DNA from: a virus
DNA length: 35,478 bases
Strand: one strand, 5' to 3'
IMG/VR virus record: IMGVR_UViG_3300009702_000011
Coordinates: 1-35,478 of that record
A model generated the notes under the pieces. The model had not been told where the DNA came from and searched no databases. It saw only the letters and a program-made list of their open reading frames with translations. Shown here in pieces: positions 25,473-33,001 of this stretch. Numbering within the stretch: the stretch's first letter is position 1; the number at the start of each line of letters is the position of its first letter. The translations under genes were made by a program, and so were the position numbers.

Positions 25473-25709
25473 ATGAAAACAATGTCACGAATTCTGTACG
25501 ACGTCTTTTGCCAAAACGTCCGCGAAAAGATGGCACAACTCGGCATTAGTCAGAGCGAATTGGCTGATCGTCTCGGCGTCGAGCCGTCATATGTCTCACA
25601 GATTCTCAACGGTCACCGCAGGCCCGGCCTAGATAGCCTGGAGTCATTCGCTGCTGCATTGAAAACGGAACCTTCGGAATTAATCAGAAAGTTCGCAAAG
25701 ACCGCTTGA
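25473..25709 (+). CDS. XRE-family HTH transcriptional regulator (CI/Cro-like)
   Basis: LGISQSELADRLGVEPSYVSQILNGHRRP is a canonical XRE helix-turn-helix. 78 aa counted from ATG 25473. Confidence 0.85.
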   Translation: MKTMSRILYDVFCQNVREKMAQLGISQSELADRLGVEPSYVSQILNGHRRPGLDSLESFAAALKTEPSELIRKFAKTA

Positions 25710-25716
25710 CAGGATG

Positions 25717-25730
25717 TTAGCAGTTGCTAA
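25717..25730. promoter_or_regulatory. Operator O2, TTAGCAGTTGCTAA (exact reverse complement of O1) inside a second TTGACA-16-TAAACT promoter-like element (25706-25733)
   Basis: Same half-sites as O1. TTGACA at 25706-25711 and TAAACT at 25728-25733. Confidence 0.55.
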
Positions 25731-25733
25731 ACT

Positions 25734-25764
25734 GGTCGATGTCATTGGCATCGGCCTTTTTTTT
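25734..25764 (+). terminator. Intrinsic terminator after the XRE gene
   Basis: GGTCGATG (25734-25741) pairs with CATCGGCC (25749-25756), giving 8 bp with one G-U. The loop is 7 nt and a T8 run follows at 25757-25764. Confidence 0.6.
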
Positions 25765-25776
25765 GCGTCATGCCAA

Positions 25777-25790
25777 TTAGCAACTGCTAA
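25777..25790. promoter_or_regulatory. Operator O3, TTAGCAACTGCTAA (identical to O1)
   Basis: Third copy, 60 bp centre-to-centre from O2 and upstream of the ParB/methylase operon. Confidence 0.55.
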
Positions 25791-25860
25791 CACACCCTGA
25801 TCACGCCCGGCGCGTCACGGTCGATCCGTGCATGGAAGCACCGGGCACGGAGGTAGTAGC

Positions 25861-26157
25861 GTGGCTACATCTAATCGCGTTTCTGCACGCAAATACCATC
25901 CCGCCTCGATGATTTTCCCGATGATGGACGATGACGCGATCCAGCAGCTCGCGGATAACATCCGAGCGAATGGACTGCGCGTGCCGATCTTGCTCCACAA
26001 AGATGGCCGAATTATTGACGGACGCAATCGGCAGACTGCATGTGTTTTGGCTGGCGAAGAACCCCGATACGAAACATGCGACGAGACGGACGAGAAGAAG
26101 ATCATCGACTTGGTCTGGTCGTTGAATGAATCGCGGCGGCATTTGACGCCAGCATAA
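25861..26157 (+). CDS. ParB/Srx N-terminal-domain protein (N-terminal part of an interrupted ParB-methyltransferase)
   Basis: PILLHKDGRIIDGRNRQTACVLAG...ESRRHLTPA* is the ParB-like nuclease-domain pattern. GTG 25861 follows GGAGG (25848-25852). Confidence 0.8.
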   Translation: MATSNRVSARKYHPASMIFPMMDDDAIQQLADNIRANGLRVPILLHKDGRIIDGRNRQTACVLAGEEPRYETCDETDEKKIIDLVWSLNESRRHLTPA

Positions 26158-26178
26158 CGAAACGCGGCAGCCGTCAAG

Positions 26179-27264
26179 ATGACGGAAATGATCGAGTCAC
26201 TACAGAAAGACGCGGCGAAGCGAAAGCGTCAAGGGCAGAAATCTGGCGGTCGTGGAAAGAAGAAAACTTTAGCCTCATGTGATGCTAAAGTTTCCCCCAA
26301 GCAGCGCAAGACTGCAGCCAAAGTCGCCAATATCTCTAAAACATCGGTCGCCTCGATTGAGCGAACAAAGGCCGTCAAGGAAAACGCTCCCGACCTCTTC
26401 GATCAAATGGAACAAGGAAAGCTCAAGACTAACGCTGCCTACAACCAGATGCGGCAGCGACAGAAGGCCAAGGAGTTAGCCGACAAGGCCAAAGCCGCCA
26501 AGCAGATGATGACCGACGAGCCGACGTGGTTGCTCATTTGCAGCGAGGTATTGGATGGATTGCAATCGGTGCTCGATCACCATGCCCCGGCGCGGCTCAT
26601 ATTCGCCGATCCGCCATACAACATTGGAGTCGATTACGGCAGTGGCGTAAAAGCCGACAATCTCGACGATGCAACGTACATGAAGTGGGTTTCTCAGTGG
26701 CTCGCCAAATGCGAAGAAGTGCTTTCGGACGACGGTTCATTGTGGGTGATGATAGGCGATGAATACGCCGCTGAGTACGTCTGCGAGTTGAAGAAACTTG
26801 GTTTTTATATTCGATCATGGATCAAGTGGTACGAGACGTTTGGCGTCAACTGCGCGAACAACTTCAACCGCACGTCTCGGCATATTCTCTACTGTGTTCG
26901 CGACCCCAAGAAGTTCGTATTTAACGCATCGGCCGTGACCAGGCCATCTGACCGCCAGACGAAATACAACGACAAGCGAGCATGTGGTGGCGGCAAGGTC
27001 TGGGACAACGTGTGGCAAATCCCACGGTTAACTGGCACGTGCGAGGAGCGGATCCCGGGCGTGCCAACTCAGATTCCGGTCGAATTGGTGCGGGCAATTG
27101 TGGGTTGTGCGTCCGAGCCTGGTGATCTAGTGGTCGATCCATTCAACGGTTCGGGAACCACTGGTGTGGCCTGCATTGAACTTGATCGCCGTTACATCGG
27201 CATCGATCAATCAGAGGCGTTTATTGACATCGCGCACAAGAGACTCACGGTGGCATCGACATGA
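26179..27264 (+). CDS. DNA N6-adenine/N4-cytosine methyltransferase (beta class), same frame as the ParB ORF
   Basis: IFADPPYNIG (motif IV, DPPY) precedes VVDPFNGSGTTGVA (motif I). There is no SD before ATG 26179. Confidence 0.9.
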   Translation: MTEMIESLQKDAAKRKRQGQKSGGRGKKKTLASCDAKVSPKQRKTAAKVANISKTSVASIERTKAVKENAPDLFDQMEQGKLKTNAAYNQMRQRQKAKELADKAKAAKQMMTDEPTWLLICSEVLDGLQSVLDHHAPARLIFADPPYNIGVDYGSGVKADNLDDATYMKWVSQWLAKCEEVLSDDGSLWVMIGDEYAAEYVCELKKLGFYIRSWIKWYETFGVNCANNFNRTSRHILYCVRDPKKFVFNASAVTRPSDRQTKYNDKRACGGGKVWDNVWQIPRLTGTCEERIPGVPTQIPVELVRAIVGCASEPGDLVVDPFNGSGTTGVACIELDRRYIGIDQSEAFIDIAHKRLTVAST

Positions 27265-27695
27265 AGTTTGCGGAATTACGTCTTGAGCTGGCTATCAATC
27301 GCGCTGCATTCGCTGGCGATCCAATTACAGACAGCCAACGAACCAACCTGGCCGTCAATGTATTTGTCGCATGGGTACATTTGTTTGGCGATAGCTTTTT
27401 TCCGTTCACGATCGAGGAAGTGGTCCAAGCGTCAGTTCGGGTACGAAAACGTGGTAAAGGACGTGCCCATGCATGGCAGATCGCAGCGGCACACAACCAA
27501 TGGGAATGTTTTTGGAAGCACCGTAACAAGGGGCCGTGCAGCGACGAAGTCGAGGCTGGTCACGTCATCGCGAAAGCTCATGGTGGCGGCGACTTAACCA
27601 TAGCAAACGGGGTGATCGAATGTCGCGCGCACAACAACCAGCGGCGGGCGCGGACGGTCGAAGAGTACTTAGCCAGTGAGGACCGTACAGGGTGA
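27261..27695 (+). CDS. HNH nuclease-domain protein
   Basis: CFW...GPCSDEVEAGHVIAKAHGGGDLTIANGVIECRAHNNQRR. ATGA overlap with the methyltransferase stop. Confidence 0.75.
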   Translation: MKFAELRLELAINRAAFAGDPITDSQRTNLAVNVFVAWVHLFGDSFFPFTIEEVVQASVRVRKRGKGRAHAWQIAAAHNQWECFWKHRNKGPCSDEVEAGHVIAKAHGGGDLTIANGVIECRAHNNQRRARTVEEYLASEDRTG

Positions 27696-27892
27696 CCATT
27701 GCAACATCGGACAAAAAACGATGGGTACTGGTGCTGAGCAAATGCGGCGAGCATTACGTCTTCGCGTTTGATCCGGTCCATCGTGTGACAATACAGCGGC
27801 AGCTCGGTCGTTTCGCCGTCAATCCGGACTTGAGTTTCACATGGTACGACGCGTGGGCGGTCACGCGGATGATTCGCGAGCGGAGCCAATGA
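27692..27892 (+). CDS. Hypothetical small protein
   Basis: 66 aa with a GTGA overlap upstream and an ATGA overlap downstream. Confidence 0.5.
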   Translation: MTIATSDKKRWVLVLSKCGEHYVFAFDPVHRVTIQRQLGRFAVNPDLSFTWYDAWAVTRMIRERSQ

Positions 27893-28200
27893 CGAACATC
27901 AACTCACTGCCACCGGAACGCTATGGCGATCTGACCGATGAGGGCTGGGTAGCTTTTGGGCGTCACGTCGATTCACGCTACCAAAGAGGCATGATGGTTG
28001 ATGGTCGACCAATCACGAATATCGAGATGTGTGCACTCACTCGATTCTATGAGCATGAGCGGCAACAGCGTGTCAGGCGTGACGGCTGCTGTTGCGACGA
28101 GGGTCCGGAAAAGGACGGGCATTGCAGAAATGGGCCGGGACGATGTGCCCTGGTCACTAAAGCTGACCTAATAGCATGGAAGGACAAACATGGGATCTAA
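27889..28200 (+). CDS. Hypothetical protein
   Basis: 103 aa counted from ATG 27889. Confidence 0.55.
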   Translation: MTNINSLPPERYGDLTDEGWVAFGRHVDSRYQRGMMVDGRPITNIEMCALTRFYEHERQQRVRRDGCCCDEGPEKDGHCRNGPGRCALVTKADLIAWKDKHGI

Positions 28201-29095
28201 TGACATCACTAGGGCATTAGTGGCGATCGACAAGATCGCCGATGAAAGCAGCCTCGTGGCACTCGGTGACCTGCGTGGCACACAGCGTGCCGTCGCGCTG
28301 GCGCGAGGCATGAACGAATTGCGAAAGCTCATATCTGGCGACGTACTGGCGCAACTCACCGCACTAGCCGGGACCGACCTCGGTTACCGGACCGACATGG
28401 ACGCCAAAAACAAGAGCTACCCACCAGCGGTAATTCGAGATTGCCTCATTGAAGGGATGTTAAGGGGGGCAAACGTGGTGGGTAATGAGATCAATATCAT
28501 TGCCGGCAAATGCTATCTCACAAAGGCGTATTTCGAGCGAATGGTGCGCGGGTTAGTCAGTGAACTTCGGGTGGTCGAAGGCGTGCCGGAGCTGTCGAAA
28601 AGCGGCGTTGGCGCGCTGGTGCCGATGCGGGCGGCGTGGAAATACATGGGGCACGCCGACAGCATCGAGTGCACAAAGACGGACGAAGGCGACAATCGCA
28701 TTGCGGTGCGTGTGAACTCGGGCATGGGGGTGGACGCCATTCTGGGCAAGGCGTACCGCAAGCTATTCGCCCGGATCTATCGCCGCCTTACTGGTAGTGA
28801 TTGGATCGAGAGCGAAGAGTCACAGGATATGCCGGAGACGCCGCCAGCGATAACCATCGAGCCAAGTCCGCCAGTCAAGCAAAGCGAAACGCCCGAGGGT
28901 GTCTGGTTGACGATCGAGTCGACGCTCCAAGAGCGATCAATGATCAAGGAGGTGGACGAGTACCGCGAGCGTGCCGCACAACTGCTTATCAGCGTCGGTG
29001 CGGCGGACGACGACCTCGTCGAGCTGGATCGACTCTGCAATTTGCGAAAAGACGCGATACGTGCGAGTCGTGGCGGACGAGCTAACGTCGATTGA
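28190..29095 (+). CDS. Hypothetical early protein (possible single-strand-annealing/recombination protein, very tentative)
   Basis: 301 aa; ATG follows GGAAGGA. The segment VIRDCLIEGMLRGANVVGNEINIIAGKCYLTKAYFERMV is vaguely RecT/Red-beta-like. Confidence 0.6.
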   Translation: MGSNDITRALVAIDKIADESSLVALGDLRGTQRAVALARGMNELRKLISGDVLAQLTALAGTDLGYRTDMDAKNKSYPPAVIRDCLIEGMLRGANVVGNEINIIAGKCYLTKAYFERMVRGLVSELRVVEGVPELSKSGVGALVPMRAAWKYMGHADSIECTKTDEGDNRIAVRVNSGMGVDAILGKAYRKLFARIYRRLTGSDWIESEESQDMPETPPAITIEPSPPVKQSETPEGVWLTIESTLQERSMIKEVDEYRERAAQLLISVGAADDDLVELDRLCNLRKDAIRASRGGRANVD

Positions 29096-29159
29096 GCGTG
29101 CATACTTGATATGCCGCGTGCACGCGACGCGGACACTCAACGAAGCAGGGCGAGTGCCG

Positions 29160-29483
29160 ATGAGTGACGCACGAAGAACAGGAGCACCACGGATGACCGC
29201 ACGGACCGCCTCAAGTCAGCAACACTTCTTCGACGTCTGGGATCATGCCGAGCGAACACCGCCACCCACCGACTCGCATATTGTCGCGGCCGATGTGCCG
29301 AGACTCACCGGGCAGAACGCGGCGATACTCGCGCGGTTGCAACGTGGCCCGGCGACGAATCGAGAACTGGCGGAAATCAGTCTGAAATACACTTCACGGA
29401 CTTCGGATTTACGCGCCGCCGGATACCGAATTGCGTGCGTGCGGGGACCTGGCGGACTTAGCGTCTACACACTGGAGGACTGA
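29160..29483 (+). CDS. Winged-helix DNA-binding protein
   Basis: LARLQRGPATNRELAEISLKYTSRTSDLRAAGYRI is a wHTH pattern. The start is uncertain. Confidence 0.5.
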   Translation: MSDARRTGAPRMTARTASSQQHFFDVWDHAERTPPPTDSHIVAADVPRLTGQNAAILARLQRGPATNRELAEISLKYTSRTSDLRAAGYRIACVRGPGGLSVYTLED

Positions 29484-29485
29484 GC

Positions 29486-29755
29486 ATGCCGAACTTCGAA
29501 TACCCTGACCTTGATGCCGCGGTCAAACAGTCCATGGCCGAGCTGATCGAGCAAGCGGCCGCGTGCATTGGCATGCTCGCGATCATGCGCGGTGACTACG
29601 GCCAATGGTACTGCCGCGTCGGCGGACCAGGTGACCCAGTCATCACTGCCGACAGTTACGAGGCGATCGTGGATCTGCTTATGGACTATGGCGTACTGGG
29701 TGCGGTTGGTAGGCGGCGTAGCAAGATGGACCACGAGGGGCATTGCACGACGTGA
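29486..29755 (+). CDS. Hypothetical protein
   Basis: 89 aa; ATG follows GGAGGA (29474-29479). Confidence 0.55.
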   Translation: MPNFEYPDLDAAVKQSMAELIEQAAACIGMLAIMRGDYGQWYCRVGGPGDPVITADSYEAIVDLLMDYGVLGAVGRRRSKMDHEGHCTT

Positions 29756-29858
29756 CGAGTTAACGAAATATCCAGTGAAGGATCTTACAGGACGTAAGAT
29801 CCGATCAAGCGATGCGGCCAGACGTAGGACGCTGACGGCCGCATTCATGGAGGCAAGC

Positions 29859-30302
29859 ATGGCAAAGACGACTCAGCATGACGCGTCTGGAATGATTGAC
29901 GCTATCTGTAATGTGCACCCGGATCAGGCGGAGGCGATTGACGAATTGATCGTCGACCTTGCACGACAATTGGCGGTCGCCACAGCCGTACAGGCCGCGT
30001 TGGCTGGAAACAACGCACGTCCGGAACCGACGCCGCAGCCCACAACCGCGGCAACACGTCCTATCAAGCAACGTCCGGCACCAAGTCGCACCGGCCAGGC
30101 CAGGCCGACTGCCAAGGCGATCGAGGTCGCCAGGTGCATACTTGCCAACGGCGCACTGACGAAGGACGCGATCGCCGATCGTCTTGGATGGAAGCGTCAC
30201 GCGGTCGCGATGACGCTGGGCCGCAGTAAGCAGCATTTCACGCGACGTGAGGATGGCACCTACGTCGTTGGGCCGGGCCTATCCGCGGAAATTGAACAAT
30301 GA
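29859..30302 (+). CDS. Hypothetical protein with Pro-rich linker and C-terminal wHTH-like segment
   Basis: ATG 29859 follows GGAGG (29849-29853). The upstream part of ORF 29568..30302 overlaps 29486..29755. Confidence 0.5.
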   Translation: MAKTTQHDASGMIDAICNVHPDQAEAIDELIVDLARQLAVATAVQAALAGNNARPEPTPQPTTAATRPIKQRPAPSRTGQARPTAKAIEVARCILANGALTKDAIADRLGWKRHAVAMTLGRSKQHFTRREDGTYVVGPGLSAEIEQ

Positions 30303-30559
30303 CCGGCACGCAATGCAAGGAACCGGCCACCAAACGTCGCGAGAAACGAATGCCGCGAATCATCGAGCGCCGACTGATCGGGCCGATGACGTGCCGGGTT
30401 GGGCTGTGTGGTCGCGATGGCACGCACAGAGTGGCATGTCCTGGCGTGAGGTTTGATGCGGATGACGATTACGGCGAGCGGCCGGTATGGGTCTCGGTAT
30501 GGTACTGCCGCAAGCACGCGGGTAGATGCGTTGCATATGGATCGCCGTGGCGGAAGTAA
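30299..30559 (+). CDS. Hypothetical Cys-containing small protein
   Basis: 86 aa with an ATGA overlap at 30299-30302. Confidence 0.5.
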   Translation: MTGTQCKEPATKRREKRMPRIIERRLIGPMTCRVGLCGRDGTHRVACPGVRFDADDDYGERPVWVSVWYCRKHAGRCVAYGSPWRK

Positions 30560-30675
30560 AGGAATAGGAGTCGTAACCGGCGAGGGCCGCACGGAGCGGC
30601 CAGCATGATGCACGCCGGAACGGGTCGTAGCTCGGAGCTGCGGCCCGGACCGGTCTTACAACGGAGAATGACAGG

Positions 30676-30852
30676 ATGTTAGTACTGACACGACAGGCAA
30701 AACAGACGATTCGGATCGGCACGGACGTGGAGATCCAGGTTGTGCAGATCCATGGCACCCGAGTGCGGATCGGGATTATGGCGCCGCGCGAGGTAAGCGT
30801 GGCGCGTGGTGAGTTGAGGAACTTCGCGCAACAGGAAAGGAAGAACCAATGA
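30676..30852 (+). CDS. csrA: Carbon storage regulator CsrA/RsmA homologue (58 aa; missing from the ORF track because it is under 60 aa)
   Basis: My translation is MLVLTRQAKQTIRIGTDVEIQVVQIHGTRVRIGIMAPREVSVARGELRNFAQQERKNQ*. E. coli CsrA, as I recall it, is [48 protein letters not shown]. There is an ATGA overlap with the next gene at 30849-30852. Confidence 0.9.
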   Translation: MLVLTRQAKQTIRIGTDVEIQVVQIHGTRVRIGIMAPREVSVARGELRNFAQQERKNQ

Positions 30853-31382
30853 CAACTTATGAACGTGCCGGTCAGGACGTGCTGGATGTGGTCGCAACGA
30901 CCATGGAAACGTACCACGGCCATTTGCGGGACGCGGCACTCACTACGGACGTGCTACTGGCCTACGGGCCGAAAGACGCGGATGGCGACCTGGTCGGCCC
31001 GGCTATCAAGCGGCATGGCACGACGTGCGCCGCACAAGTGCGGATCATCAATCTGCGCGATCGCGTGGCGGGCCGTAGTGACGTGGAGATCATGCTCGAT
31101 GGCGATCGCATCGATGAATGGTCGGATGAGCAATTGGCCGCGATCATCGACCACGAGCTGACACACCTGGAACTCAAAGTGGCGGACGAAGGCGTCAAGC
31201 GTGATGACATCGAGCGGCCGTGTTTGCGGCTACGCGAGCATGATCACGAATTCGGCTGGTTCGACAGTGTGGCCCGTCGCCACGGTGAGCATGCCATCGA
31301 GGTCCAGCAGGCTCGGCAGTTACTTGAGCGGGACGAGCTGCGGCAGTTGTACTTGCCGGGATTAGACGTGGGGGCGGCGTGA
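30849..31382 (+). CDS. Putative phage metallopeptidase-like protein
   Basis: IIDHELTHLE (HExxH) plus downstream REHDHEFGWFDSVARRHG, a pattern I recall from the putative phage metallopeptidase family. Confidence 0.65.
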   Translation: MTTYERAGQDVLDVVATTMETYHGHLRDAALTTDVLLAYGPKDADGDLVGPAIKRHGTTCAAQVRIINLRDRVAGRSDVEIMLDGDRIDEWSDEQLAAIIDHELTHLELKVADEGVKRDDIERPCLRLREHDHEFGWFDSVARRHGEHAIEVQQARQLLERDELRQLYLPGLDVGAA

Positions 31383-31597
31383 TGGGCAAGCAACGCATTG
31401 TCAGCTGCCCAGGCTGCGGCCGCTCACAGCCCCGACAACGTGACGACACGATCTATTGGTGCGAGGTGTGCCAATGCCAGTTCGACGATGCACCGGACGA
31501 GGGCGGATCATATAGCAACTACGATCCATCATGGCGGCTGCAACGGGAGGAACGGCGCAATGAGCGACGGCGGCGACGTGCGTGGCGAACTGCTTGA
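31379..31597 (+). CDS. Zinc-ribbon protein with Arg-rich tail
   Basis: CPGCG...WCEVCQ (two CxxC pairs) and a C-terminal RRNERRRRRAWR. Confidence 0.6.
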   Translation: MMGKQRIVSCPGCGRSQPRQRDDTIYWCEVCQCQFDDAPDEGGSYSNYDPSWRLQREERRNERRRRRAWRTA

Positions 31598-31614
31598 TTC
31601 CAAGGGTGCTAGCG

Positions 31615-31785
31615 ATGGGTAGCCGATCGACGTACCGACCGTCTTGGCGTCGCTGGCCATACGGTTGCGCCTCAATCGAAGAGCGAATGGAGCAGCGTGA
31701 GACGTGGCCAGCAGTGCCCAAGATATTGATTGTGACACGGTTGAAACGGACACGAAAACGCAAGAGGAAAGGACGATCACGATGA
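31615..31785 (+). CDS. Possible small basic protein
   Basis: 56 aa from ATG 31615, ending in an ATGA overlap with the next gene (31782-31785). The KRTRKRKRKGRSR tail is basic and the RBS is weak. Confidence 0.35.
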   Translation: MGSRSTYRPSWRRWPYGCASIEERMEQRETWPAVPKILIVTRLKRTRKRKRKGRSR

Positions 31786-32036
31786 ATCATAAACAGAAGG
31801 TTATTGAGGCGATTAAGCGGCGGGTCAAACTGAATGATGATCTCAGGAACCGTCGCAAAACAATCAAGTCACTTGAGACCGCCAGCTTGAATGCGGATAT
31901 TGAGCTGGCCAGGCAGATAAAAAACGTGATGGGCGGGCGACCCGTGCTTTTCGATGGCTGGCAATACAGCATCGACGGCGACGGACATTTGCACGCGAGC
32001 GAATCGGAAGTTACGGTGCTCGACGATGCAAAGTGA
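31782..32036 (+). CDS. Hypothetical protein
   Basis: 84 aa; ATG 31782 follows AAGAGGAAAGGA. Confidence 0.55.
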   Translation: MNHKQKVIEAIKRRVKLNDDLRNRRKTIKSLETASLNADIELARQIKNVMGGRPVLFDGWQYSIDGDGHLHASESEVTVLDDAK

Positions 32037-32099
32037 CCGATGGTGTTGAGATTAAATGGTTTTATGTTGTGCGGACAGCGTGAGTGAGGTGGCATACTG

Positions 32100-32291
32100 A
32101 TGGAACGACCCGTCCAGTCATGTCCGCAACCGTGGGAATGGCCATCACCAGACCAACCCGGCACGTTCGAACAGCAATTTGAAATCTTGGATTTGTATCT
32201 GGCTGATCCGACCCGCAAGTACGATCCCGATGGGGCGTGGCGACTTGCGAGGGAGCTGGTGCTGCCGCACGCACGGAGGGAGCATCGATGA
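32100..32291 (+). CDS. Hypothetical small protein
   Basis: 63 aa with an ATGA overlap to the replication gene (32288-32291). Confidence 0.5.
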   Translation: MERPVQSCPQPWEWPSPDQPGTFEQQFEILDLYLADPTRKYDPDGAWRLARELVLPHARREHR

Positions 32292-33001
32292 CTGACGCTG
32301 GCTATGTGAAACTGTGGCGACAATCGATTGTGTCGCCGGTGTTTCAAGATGCGTTGGCATGGCAGGTGTTTTGCTGGCTGCTTCTCAGGGCGTCACACAA
32401 GGACCACAAAGCGTTACTGAAGGTAGGTCGTAATCCTGTGGTTGTGCATGTCAAACCGGGCCAAGTGGCAATCCGGACGCGGCTGGCGGCTCAGGATCTT
32501 CACATGTCAAACAATACGCTGCGGCGGAAGCTAACACTGCTTGCTGATCTGGATTGTATCGTCACTGACCCCACCCAAAAGTACACCATGGTGACGATTC
32601 TAAACTGGGAAAAGTACCAAATTGTCACCCCCTATGTCCCCCCGGACAATGTAGCACCCAGTGACACACCATCGAATACACCATCGAATACACCATCGAA
32701 TACACCATCGAATACACCATCGGCTACACACAACAAGAAGACCAAGAAGGGTAAAGAAGTAAGAGGGAGACGGCGTTTCACGCCACCCACCCCCACAGAG
32801 GTATCCGACTACGGAAAGACAATTGGCTTCGAACTCGACGGCGAACATTTCGTGGCCTACTACGAGACCCGCGGCTGGATGGCCGGTCGGCAAAAAATGA
32901 AAAGCTGGCGTGCGGCGGTGCGGACCTGGAAGATCCGAGCCAAACAGAATGGCAACGGTCAGGCTGAAACAGATTATCCGATTCTCGAAGGGCTGAACTG
33001 A
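32288..33001 (+). CDS. Replication initiator / helicase-loader-like protein (N-terminal wHTH, TPSN-repeat linker, conserved C-terminal module)
   Basis: The N-terminus GYVKLWRQ......F.......W..L.A resembles phage replication proteins. The C-terminus FTPPTPTEVSDYGKTIGFELDGEHFVAYYETRGWMAG..KMKSWRAAVRTW is also typical. It lies directly upstream of dnaB. Confidence 0.65.
   Translation: MTDAGYVKLWRQSIVSPVFQDALAWQVFCWLLLRASHKDHKALLKVGRNPVVVHVKPGQVAIRTRLAAQDLHMSNNTLRRKLTLLADLDCIVTDPTQKYTMVTILNWEKYQIVTPYVPPDNVAPSDTPSNTPSNTPSNTPSNTPSATHNKKTKKGKEVRGRRRFTPPTPTEVSDYGKTIGFELDGEHFVAYYETRGWMAGRQKMKSWRAAVRTWKIRAKQNGNGQAETDYPILEGLN
32666..32725 (+). repeat. 12-bp tandem repeat acaccatcgaat x4 plus one degenerate copy (encodes TPSN TPSN TPSN TPSN TPSA)
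   Basis: Exact copies at 32666, 32678, 32690 and 32702. A degenerate copy lies at 32714-32725. Confidence 0.9.

Noticed and set aside
25744-25776. 8-bp inverted repeat ATTGGCAT...ATGCCAAT spanning the T8 tract, as an alternative structure or protein site.
   Set aside because: Its 17-nt loop contains the terminator T-tract. The tighter stem at 25734-25756 plus T8 explains the region better. I noted it but did not call it as a separate feature.
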